DNA of 54,412 bases, the filler included, from Bipalium vagum (Eukaryota): NCBI GenBank assembly GCA_037834085.1. It is 3 parts of 3 records of this genome, joined end to end, with 100 filler letters (N's around TTAATTAATTAA, not from the genome) between each part and the next. Parts side by side here need not be neighbours in the genome. Positions count along the whole stretch, not along the records: positions 1 to 17,094 come from JBBMKC010078866.1; positions 17,195 to 34,049 come from JBBMKC010089865.1; 1 more part is not named here. The stretch is one strand, 5' to 3'. The translations under genes and the position numbers were made by a program. The notes beneath the pieces were generated by a model. It made no database searches and was not told the DNA's origin. It worked only from the letters and a program-made list of their open reading frames with translations. Of the stretch, positions 13,200 to 23,899 are shown in pieces (position 1 is the stretch's first letter; each line of letters opens with the position of its first letter).

Positions 13200-14720
13200 C
13201 AAAATGCTAAAACGTGTACTTTACATTTAATGCCTTTTGGTTATTTGAAACGGAACAAAAAGAAGTTTTCAATGGATATTTACATTACAAAATTAAAGAA
13301 ACGTTAATAGTGAAAAACATTGAACCCAGTGGGTGGATCTAGATGAAATTCTAGACCAATGTTCCAAGAAAGATACATAAAACCTAGAAAATTAATGGTC
13401 CCTGGTGGTCTTTGGTTCCATTATGATACAGAAAATGAGAATAATATTTGTCGAGACCTGATTTGTAGTCAACACCACAGGGTTGTAAAATTATAAAATC
13501 TCACAAAAAGATAACCTTTTTTGCCAGGAAATCTATTTATTTATTTTATTTATTAAAATTTGATTAATTTTTAAAATTATTTACCAAGCCTTTGTTTGAA
13601 TGGCCTACATAAATGGAATTTTAGTACAGTGTAAAAAGAAAAAAAGTTTAACCATTTGTACCACGAAATTTGGTAAAATTAATTTTACATTAAATAAACA
13701 AAAATTATGGAATTATGTCATTAATTCCGGGAATAATTTGATTTGCTTATTACTGAAAAAGGAAAAAAATTTTTTTAAAAGAAAAATATTTTTATTTCAA
13801 AACTAATATTTTAGTTAATAAAAGCATTTTTTTGTAAAATTAATATTTTCAGAAAACAAAAAATAAAGACCGGTATTTATATAGAAAAAAGGTGAGTGTA
13901 GGACTATTTATTCTTCAACCAATAGTTTCTGTGAAGAAAAATATTAAAGTTGTTTGAATAAAAGGACTAGTTCATAGAGTATGGTCACTAATACCAGGCT
14001 CTAAAAAAATTTACAAATTATTATTAAAAAAAAAATTAAAGAAAGGCTAACAAAGAATGTACACCCAGATAGAAAGATAATGAATAAAACGATCAGCAAA
14101 AAAGGATGTGAAGAAGGACGATTCAAATTTTATAGAAATTAAAAAGAAAGAAGAAAATAAAATTTTCATCAAGGTTTACTATCTTCAAGAACTTAATAGA
14201 CAAAGCTGTAGGACATAAAGATTTAAAAGTAATATCGATTACAGCGAAAACGAATACTTATTTAAAAATTAAAACGCCATCGCCAGCAATATTGCAAGCA
14301 AATATTGTATATCAATTTAAATTTCATTGGTTTAATAGCCTTTACATAGGTGAGATACAGGATCACCGCCAAACATGTATTAGAAAACATTGGAAATTAA
14401 GCAGAACAAGTAAAATTTTAGGTCACTCAAAAAATTAAGTTGTGCGAAAAGGTAAAGTTAGCGCAGAAGAGTTCAGAGTAATTATCATCAATTTCATTTA
14501 CATCCATGAAAGAAAAATATGAGTTTTTATTAATATAAGAACAGCACCAGATATTTATATTCAAATAGCTGAAAGCTAAAACCAATGGATTGCCAGTGTG
14601 TTCTCTGATTAATTAAAATGGATTAAAATTTTGAATATTGATGACTGACGAGGAACGAAAAGAAAGTTCGAAATATATTTCATGATAATAAATTTGTTAA
14701 TACATTTTGTTGTAAATTGT
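13200..14720 (+). mobile_element. Degraded Penelope-like element (RT C-terminal part, GIY-YIG endonuclease, terminal repeat)
   Basis: ANIVYQFKFHWFNSLYIGEIQDHRQTCIRKH at about 14300-14390 (GIY-YIG). It is followed by the typical CTGACGA...CGAAA terminal motif and AATAAA at about 14687. Confidence 0.7.
14641..14683 (+). ncRNA. Minimal type I hammerhead ribozyme motif of a Penelope-like terminus
   Basis: ATGA-CTGACGA-g-GAAC(gaaaagaaa)GTTC-GAAA-TATA-T-T-TCAT. Stem I is ATGA/TCAT, the core is CUGANGA, stem II is GAAC/GTTC, followed by GAAA and a palindromic mini stem III. Confidence 0.6.
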
Positions 14721-15605
14721 TGAAGAGCGTTTATTTGAAAAATCAATTTTGAGAATTATGTAAAATCAATTTAATTTCGTTTTTGGATAAATATAATAAT
14801 ATTTCTGTTACGAGTGGTTTAAAATGAATTTAATATTCGAATTAACATAATAATTATTCTGTCTTAATTTATGAAGAAAAAAGAAAAATGATAATTTCAA
14901 ATCGTTTTCTTTTTGTTTAAAATAACGAATTTTAATCAATTGACTTAATTAAAACAAATAATGGTCATTTCTATGAAATTAAAATTGTAATCATTTGAGA
15001 ATATTGTTTGATTAAGAGTGGTAATCAAAAATTAAAACTAAAGTAACGAAAAATTAATTCAATTCCAAAATATTCACAATTTAATCCCCGGCCGAATGGA
15101 GAATCGATAAGTGAAACCATTTGTAAAAATAATATAAAATTAAATAATTTTTTTTTGGAATCAATTTTACAAATTTTCTCATTTCTTTTTGAAGATGAAA
15201 TAAAAATGTCAAAAATTAAATAAATTCCAAATTTAAAATGGAAATTGTCCTTTTCAATTTTCCCCTTTGAATCAATTCTCACAAAAAATCAAAACAATTT
15301 TTAAAGAGAAAAACCACAATACTTCCTAAGTATTATTTATTATTATTTCTCCACTACTTTCCCTACAAGAACTGAAAATCTCCAATTGGTTTTCGCCATT
15401 TTTATGTTTATAGTGGAAAAAATCACAAATTAACTGGAGCATGATAAGCAAAAATCCACAATATCAATTACCGGGATTCCAATTTAAATAATCAAATTAT
15501 CTCCTCTGATAAAGACCTCCAAGACATAAATAACACTTGATAAATCGATGTTAATATCGAATTTAATTTTTAATTTTTTCCTTAAAAATAAATATATGAT
15601 CGAAT

Positions 15606-16639
15606 GTGGGGCGTGTATCAAGTAAGTATCGGATTTGAAGATGGAATATTGTTGAGACAACTTCGTACATCTTTGTCACACTGAAATACATTTATTAAAA
15701 ATCAATACTTCGAACGCCCAGAAAGTTTTCAGACTGAATTTATATAAAATCATACGGCAAAGCTGTTGAAAAATAACAGTACTCCCCAGCAACATTAATA
15801 GCAACTTGACTATGAGTTTAAAGTTGTTCATGTTCATAAATGAAGCGATCATTGTGAATGTCTTTCACTCTACGTGACACGGCAGCCGCTACATCATCCT
15901 TGTTAGTCAAAATTTCTTTTCTCAAATGCCTTTTGATGAATTTAAACACCCATCCGTAGCACTGACTTAATCCTGGCCTTTTCAATTGATGCCACATTCT
16001 TCGAAAAAATGGTCGAGTCTCTCTAGAGGAACGAGACCGTGCTTTATCATGCATCCAGTGAATTTCATAGTGCAAAACTTTGTGAGTTATAAATTTTTGC
16101 CACTTGTAATCGATGATAGAAAGACGTCATAGCATTTTTACACATTATTAGTAAAGTTGTCTTTTCTTCGAATGGTTCTGTCACATTTCTTAGTTTCTTT
16201 GATTTTCTTGTATAAAAATTTGCTTTTAGATATTCACAAAGAAAAAAAATCAATCGGGGAAAGATCTTGTGATCTTGCAAATGAAATAATTCTGATCCTT
16301 GCATCCACCTGCCGTGAAAAGTGCTGTTCAAAAATTCTAATTTGAACTGAGTAATGAACAAGAACCCCATCTAATTCTCCGACAACGTTCATCTGTGCAA
16401 ATAATATTCTCAAAAAGCTGAATCGTTGTTAATTTAATTGATGAAGGTTTCGACTCGGTCTTCAATTGACAGTATCATTCGAAATTGAATTTGATGCATC
16501 TAAATGTGATTATATCAGCTTATTTAAACAATTGATCGCTTACATAAAATATAATCAATGATTTTTCTATATAAAATAAAATTTGTTGCAAAACATTTAA
16601 ATAAGTTCTAAATCTGATACGTACTTAATACACCCTCGG
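15606..16639 (-). mobile_element. TIR-bounded Tc1/mariner remnant carrying two transposase-like fragments
   Basis: TIR pair ggggcgtgtatcaagtaagtatcggattt / aaatctgatacgtacttaatacaccctcg. Fragments are WMHDKARS...WVFKFIKRHLR and RLIFFLCEYLKANFY (cf. DFFLWGYLK). Confidence 0.65.
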
Positions 16640-16752
16640 AAGCCGATTTATTAAGTTTTTTATTGATGAAAACACTTTTAAAATATTTATGAATATTAAT
16701 TTTTCGGATTAAATTAAAACAAACAATTGGCGATAATAAATTATAAGCTTAC

Positions 16753-16949
16753 TTATGAGTGGAACAGATTCTGATGTTTCCGGAAGTTTTTCCGCTATAC
16801 TTAACATTAAGACGGAAAATGCTAAGAGTACGGTTATTCCCAGCGCTATCTTCTCTCCGGAATCTGGCGGTAGACAGAACACGAACAGTGTCAGCGTCGA
16901 CATCATGATGCACGGATAAATTACATGATAGATGAAGTACAAGATTCGT
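16753..16949 (-). CDS. Nicotinic acetylcholine receptor subunit, TM1-TM2 exon
   Basis: Reads RILYFIYHVIYPCIMMSTLTLFVFCLPPDSGEKIALGITVLLAFSVLMLSIAEKLPETSESVPLI. Acceptor catttag at 16950; donor GTAAG at 16752. The ligand-binding exons are missing beyond the contig end. Confidence 0.93.
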
Positions 16950-17022
16950 CTAAATGCAATATATATCTTATCTTTACTAAAAGAAGACATTCCAATAAAG
17001 TTGATTTTCGCTAGTTACATCA

Positions 17023-17024
<2 letters not shown>

Positions 17025-17094
<70 letters not shown>
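17025..17094. repeat. (TTA)n microsatellite at the contig end
   Basis: Perfect TTA run leading into Ns. Confidence 0.95.
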
Positions 17095-17194
17095 NNNNNN
17101 NNNNNNNNNNNNNNNNNNNNNNNNNNNNNNNNNNNNNNTTAATTAATTAANNNNNNNNNNNNNNNNNNNNNNNNNNNNNNNNNNNNNNNNNNNN
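17095..17194. other. Artificial contig linker (44N-TTAATTAATTAA-44N)
   Basis: Palindromic six-frame stop linker, exactly 100 nt, with an identical copy at 34050-34149. Confidence 0.95.
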
Positions 17195-17280
17195 GTCTTG
17201 TGTTAATTGGCTCTCCTGTTGTTTTGATTTCGTGTTTCATCAGTTTCGTGCATCCAATATCCCACGAATCTAGCCCTACC
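17195..17280 (-). mobile_element. Gypsy pre-RT fragment
   Basis: LDSWDIGCTKLMKHEIKTTGEPINTR, homologous to the DIGC...KHHMQTRGEPINLKP segment at about 24475-24545. Confidence 0.7.
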
Positions 17281-17299
17281 TGATAGGTCCATTGCTTGA

Positions 17300-20030
17300 A
17301 TAGAGTGGTATTTTTCTACTAACGTTGAGTGAGGTATACCACCTAATCTCAGTGTGATTGCTTGGTTTCATACATGAATGTGAAAATTTTCATGTTTAAA
17401 TGTTGTTTCCTTAATATGGGAATGATATCTTTAAGATATTTAATGTCTGGGTTTCTAATGTTGTATATGTACGCGTTTTTCGGTGCTTAGAAATTTACAA
17501 TAATTGGGTATGGCTGCTACTTCTAGTCTTATGCTATTATGAAAGAATAAATCCTCGTGGTTGTTGATTAGTTTTACACATTCTTTGTAAGGGGGTTTTT
17601 GATACTGAACGATGTGTATCATGACCTTTTCATTACTATTGGGTAGGTACTGACTTAGGTGTATTTATAAATTTTTTGTAATGTGGTCTTGTATAACTTG
17701 TTTGGATGATGCAGAGACGTTTTGTGGGAGGGCATTGTGGTATTTGACTGTGGTTGAACATTTGGAGGGTTTTGTGGTCAATCCACGTTTTTGCATTGAA
17801 TTCTTTGATTCAAGAACTTGGCTCATTTCTATAAAAAATATAAATATATTTTGTCGTAACACCAGTCTATATTCAAAATCGTATATCTTGGTGTTAACAT
17901 TTACTTTAAAATATAACATAGAAACATGGTAACTTTAATAAGATACCTGTTTCATACTGTAGTTGCTATAAATCAGTTGATTCGTATACAACTGATGCAA
18001 CTCTTGAAGATATTTCACTTCTTATACACTAATTTTTACATTTTCTTTTAATCATATATTTTATTAAATAAAAGGAAAAAAATGAAATAACAACAAAGAC
18101 ATAAAAGTTGTAATTACAATAAGTGAAAGGAAAGAGCGATTTGACCGGGAATCAAATCAAGGATCAGATTTTTCATAATTTCATTATTATTTTGAAATTT
18201 TCTATTTATTTGTTCAACAAAGATATGGTTTTTGAATCGTTTTACAGTTGGATCTTTATGAGTATCCAAGATTTTATTTAATCGATCAATTGACATTATT
18301 CGGGTTGATTCATTTGTATAAATCATAAAGGATGTTAATACCGAATCGATTAACTCCCACTAATTTTTCATTCGGAGTTTGTTTTCTCCACTTTACGGTA
18401 TAATTACTTGATACTAAGTCTGTGAGGGTAATACTGTTTTTATTTTTATCCAGGATACCACAAAAAAATCCTCTATATTTATTAGGACAGTAGAGTATAC
18501 AAATAATTCTTTCTGATTGATGGGTTAGATAAGACTAAGATCGTTCACCATGAGATATTTTCATAGGAATCGTTATGCTTTTAAGCTGAATCTTCTTTTG
18601 TATTTTACAATGATGAAAAGTGTTATATTCGTAAATTGTAATGGTTACTTTGTATTTAAGGGTACTGTTTAAATCTCCTAGAATAAAGAATCGTATGTCA
18701 GGGTATACATCTGATGATAAAAAAGGAATTTATCAGCACTTATTATCATTTTAATATCCACTGAGGTATTTGGATTGAATATAATAGCTATTGCTGTTTT
18801 AGCTGGGATGATTGAGATGTTAGTAAAACATCTATTAATAATCAATGTTGTAATGTTATCAATTAATAAAAAGAATAATAAACAAAGTAATAATTTACTG
18901 GATCGTAAATTATACCTAGGTGTATTATTTGGTAATTCCACTGATGATGCCTGTTGAATTTTAGTAATATTATCAAATGACTTACTATCAGTCTTTCCTT
19001 TAGAATCAGAATCGATTTTTTACATCGGTTCATATGAATTAATTCGGGTTCTTTGCTGGGTTTCTTGGAATTTTGTAATAGAAGATTTTTGTCGAAGATC
19101 TTTTTGATGATATGGTGGCCTTTAAATGTTCTGCTCAATTTCGGTGTCTGACCTTTTTTAATGGTTGGGTTTTCCACCATAACTTGATCACCGATTGTTA
19201 ATTTAAGATTTTTGTCTTTTTATCATAAGATTTTTTCATTTTTTCCTGATTACATTTTATATTGAGACCTGCTGTTAGCCATGCCTCCTGCATGTGTTCT
19301 TTCATTAACGTCACATAATCTGGTTCCTCCATGTATTGACTTATAGGCTTCTGAAATATTAAATCAATTGGCATATTGGTATTGTGCAAATAAATGAGGT
19401 AGAACGGCGTATATCGCGTTCCCAAATGCACCTCATTCCTATTAGCGAATAAACATGAGGCTATGTGTATATCCCAATCGTTTTGTTGCTGATTAACGTT
19501 GAAAGATAACAAACTGCTAACGTGTAGTTGAATCTCTCCACTAGGCCATCTGTTTGAGAGTGATAAGGTGTGGTTCACTCATAAATTCTCTTCCTCTATC
19601 GGTAAGTAACTTTCTCGAAACTCCATACCGAAAAACAATTTGCTCAACAAAAATCTTTGAAATTGTTTCAGCTTTATGATTTGGTATTGGAAAGGCTTTT
19701 TTGTCAAATAATCGCTCATTACTAAAATATAAATGTTACCTGAGATGGTTTTCAGTAGTGGACCGACGATGTCCATAGCGATCATCTCCATTGGAGCTGG
19801 GGTACTGGCAGTGGCTTTAATGGTGCTTTCATTTTTTGACCAGTATTATTTCTAGTTTGACAAATTTTACAAGTAGTACACCATTTCTTGATTTCCTTAG
19901 CCATGTTAGGCCAATAATATTTTTGAGAAATTCTTGGTTTTGTTTTTCTATGCGATAAATGACCACCTAGTGTACCATCATGATATTGTAACAATACTGA
20001 TTCTCGTAAAATTTGGGGGACAAATATAAC
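17300..20030 (-). mobile_element. Ty3/Gypsy remnant: integrase followed by a decayed accessory env-like region
   Basis: HHCC zinc finger (YHDGTLGGHL...CKIC), core MDIVGPL, and a GPY/F-like GDQVMV...KLSRTFKG. This is followed by RYNLR plus hydrophobic LLLCLLFFLLI and a TM-like stretch near 18050-18120. Confidence 0.85.
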
Positions 20031-21049
20031 GGAATTTAATTTATTTCTTACTTTTAATAAATTGTTTTCCCAATGAAAAATGAAAGCGAAATAATATTGT
20101 TGGAAAATTTGCTAACAGCAGGAGAATCAGAAACCATCATTTTTTATTAAACTTAGTAATTCGATGACAGATAAAACATGTCAGGACTATATCAAAAAAC
20201 GCACTGAGTCGTACGCACTGCCAATAAGCACACTCATTGTTTTATATAATTCCCATAAAAAGAGTACATTTTATTTACAGCCAAATTTTTTTTTCAAAAA
20301 TTTTGTTATCATTGAGATNNNNNNNNNNNNNNNNNNNNNNNNNNNNNNNNNNNNNNNNNNNNNNNNNNNNNNNNNNNNNNNNNNNNNNNNNNNNNNNNNN
20401 NNNNNNNNNNNNNNNNNNNNNNNNNNNNNNNNNNNNNNNNNNNNNNNNNNNNNNNNNNNNNNNNNNNNGGAAAAGTTACAAGCCCTAGAGTATTGTGTGA
20501 AAGATATTCCCAAGAGCTTTAAATAACCATTGCAGATGGTGCATGGAAAATTAGAGGTTTTTTCAATTGAAACATTTTCCATTGTTAGAATCAAAAATAT
20601 AAAACTCCCAAAAGCTATTGTTCCAAATTCTCTTCAACATCTTTAAAAATATATCTCCAACTTGCAAAAACGTAATTGTTTGTGAACAGTGAAAGAAATT
20701 ATTTCCAATTTACAAGATATGTGAATGCAATAAAAATATAAATAAAGATTTCTCTTATAATCTTCTACTGGAATAAAATCTGGAAATAAAAGATAAATTA
20801 TAACATAAAATTTAGATGTATTTATATCAATATTTATTTATTTATTTATTATTTTATATATTTATTAAAATTTCGTTTACAAATTTTCGCGGAACGAGAA
20901 AAAAATAAAGTCAATGCAGAGTCAAGCAGATTTCGTTTTAGTGGACCTAGAGCACCAGATCAGTTTCATATACTTTGACCATTTTGAACAAAATTCAGAC
21001 CGAAACCTCTAAAAAATTGGATAAGAAAAATGGTAATGATACCGTGAGA

Positions 21050-21170
21050 ACCGCAGTTCAATAATCTCGAACACATTTTTTCTAAACATTTATTCTCATG
21101 AAACATGTTTCGAAATATTATCGGTTCATCGTCAGTCATTCATATTTAAAACAGCACACTTTAATCACTG
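21050..21170 (-). ncRNA. Solo Penelope-like terminus with minimal hammerhead motif (core 21098-21139)
   Basis: Reverse complement reads ATGA-CTGACGA-t-GAA(ccgataatat)TTC-GAAA-CATG-T-T-TCAT, then AATAAA. Homologous to 14641-14700. Confidence 0.6.
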
Positions 21171-21387
21171 AAACTTATTTTATTTAATATTTTAAAATGA
21201 TTTTTGGATTTTTAATGATTTATTATTGATACTTTTCGTTGAAAATATTTATCACATATTTCAAAATCAAAGTTTATTTATTTTATCAGTCATTTTGTGT
21301 TTGTTACTTTTTATGTTTAAATTTTTATTACTCTAAAACTTGTTGTTAATTGCAATTAAATTTTTGTTTTTTTATGGAAAAAAATTT

Positions 21388-22393
21388 TGTGCAACTTCTA
21401 TTTTGGACCAATTTCTAAAATGGGCCACTTCTATAATCGGACCAAACTCCATATTTGGACCAATAATTTTTACTTATCATATTTCTCGATATTTTCATAT
21501 AAAAAATAAAATTCTTGGTCCAAAAATGTGTTTAAAAATTAAAAAATTTGTTTTAATAATATTTTGATATATAACATTTTCAAAATCAGGAATGAGTAAA
21601 ACATTATCATATGAAAAAAAAATAGTATTGCCAAGCAAATCCCCAATAAAAAGCTTCCCAGCGAATGCTATGCAAGAAATATAAAACTAGCAAGTCAACA
21701 ATCCAAAGAATTTATACTGAAATCGGAATACATCCTTTAAAAATTCAGGAACAGACTTTGACAGTACTATTTTAGAAATGTCTCAAAGGTTACGTGAGAG
21801 AAACCTCCCGATAAATGGTACGACATTAAAAGGAATCTATTTAATGTAACAAAAAATTAAATAGAATTGATTTCAAAGCATCGACAGGCTCGTTGGATAA
21901 ATTTAAGAGGCGGTATAAAATCATTTGAAAAGTTTTATCCGGAGAAACGAAATCAGTTGGTCACTCTCAAACTGAAAACGTCCGAAATATCATGAAAGAA
22001 AAAATTAGTCAATATACAGCTGATAATGTAGATAACTGCGAGAAAACCGCTTTATACTACAGATCAATCAGCAGCAGAAGTTTCGTATTACCACATTATC
22101 TGCCCAAAAAATATAAATCTCTTTTATGATTTTAAAAGTAAGTTCATCATGGATATACGAAAAGAACATGGATTAAAAACTAAAATTACGAATTATTTAA
22201 TTCAAAAACGTTGAAATATATTAGTATTTATTGGACCTGATGTTGTTTTGTTTTAATTTTGTATTATTACATCCATATGAGATCATATAAAACATGTTTT
22301 ATAGCCTTTTTATGTCTTAACTTCTAATATTGGACCAACTTCTAATTTTGGATCACTTTTGAAATTTTGTGGTCTAAAATAGAAGTTGCACTG
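21388..22393 (+). mobile_element. Internally deleted pogo/Tigger element
   Basis: TIRs gtgcaacttctattttggacc / ggtctaaaatagaagttgcactg(TA). Coding remnants FKASTGSLDKFKRRYKI, SGETKSV and NVDNCEKTALYYR (CENP-B HTH and start of DDE_1). Confidence 0.85.
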
Positions 22394-23437
22394 TATTACG
22401 GAGTAAATATACCGTTACCTGATAACGATGATCGATTACAGTTTCACAAAATCCATATTTTTGAACTGGTCTTCCTGTCTGATAGACTTGAAAGTGTTGA
22501 ATTAATTTTTCCTTCTTAAACAGTGGGGAAGCGCAGTGGTCCTGTCCCACCAGTCTTAACCTTCTTCTCTGGTGAAATCTGCTTTTTTCTCGGTGAGCTT
22601 TTCCACTTAATTTTTATTTCTCTCTTTTTTTTGAACAACAACGAGAACTCCCACCCCTCATAATAAAAGGCAACTCGCGAAAACGTTATTGAAAGCGCTC
22701 CATGATATCTTCCGCCTCGAAAGCTTTTCATCTTTGCCAATGCTTTGAAATGTGAAGAACAATGTAAAACTTTCCCAACAAAATTATTCTGCGCTTTTCA
22801 TTGTTCTCTTTAGCCTTTTATCTACAAACGTTACCCTGTAAAATTTGATCTTATACAAAATCTTTTCAAATGGAATTTTAAAAAAAATCTTTCATAAAAT
22901 AAAAAGAGAAAGTTAAACATTTTTAAGATAAAAAACAATGCGATACCCGAAGGAAATTTGTAAAATATTATTTATTTTTTCTCTGTCTTTTGTTTCATTT
23001 AAGCACAATTTTTAGAAAGTTTGTTTTTCTGATTTTTCGTTTTTAATATTTAGTTAATAATAAAAATAATAAAAATTTAATATTATTATTAAATAATAAT
23101 AATAATAATAATAAGATAACTTCTAAACAAAAAAAACACTTTAACAAGTGAGATTTTTAATTAAAATTAAATAATAAAACATTTTTAAAAAATATTCTAC
23201 GTGTAAAAATAATAAATAATAAATATAATAAAATAATAATATTATTATTATTATTTTGAAAATCTATTTCTTTAAAATTATTTAATTTACTTTAAAAGAA
23301 TTAATTGTATTATTATTAACAAAATTTCTTTTTTAAAGTAATTATTTTAAATTTTATTAAATAAATGTAATTTTAAATATAATTTTTTATATTCACATAA
23401 TAATATTATTATTATTTATTAGTAATTATGACGAAAA

Positions 23438-23701
23438 AAAAAATATAAAACTCTTTTATGATTTTAAATGGAAGTTCATAATAGATATACGAAAATAAAA
23501 TGGATTAAAAACTGAAATTATGGATTATTTAATTCAAAAACGTTGAAATATATTATTATTTATTGGACTTGATGTTGTTTTGTTTTAATTTCGATTATTA
23601 CATCTATATAAGTTCATATAAAATATGTTTTTATAGTCTTTTTATGTCTTAACCTCTAATATTGGACCAACTTCTATTTTTGGACAACTTTTGAAATTTT
23701 G
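23438..23701 (+). repeat. Second copy of the 3' part of the pogo element (matches about 22107-22370)
   Basis: Near-identical direct repeat of about 260 bp (ctcttttatgattttaaa ... tttgaaattttg). Confidence 0.85.
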
Positions 23702-23899
23702 TTTACGTTAGGCACAATATAAAAATCCAAAAATTAGAAATCAGTTTAAATACTCACATTTATAAGTTATCATTTTTAAGAATTTCATCATTTTTATAAA
23801 ATTTTAAATGAATTAATTCTATAATGAAAATAATGATGCTGAAAGGTTTGGTTGGATTGCAGATTGGTTAACAGCAGATGAACAGAAAACAAGGAGTCC

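Noticed and set aside
16932-17150. ORF with poly-Leu
   Set aside because: Translation of the (TTA)n microsatellite and Ns, antisense to the nAChR exon.
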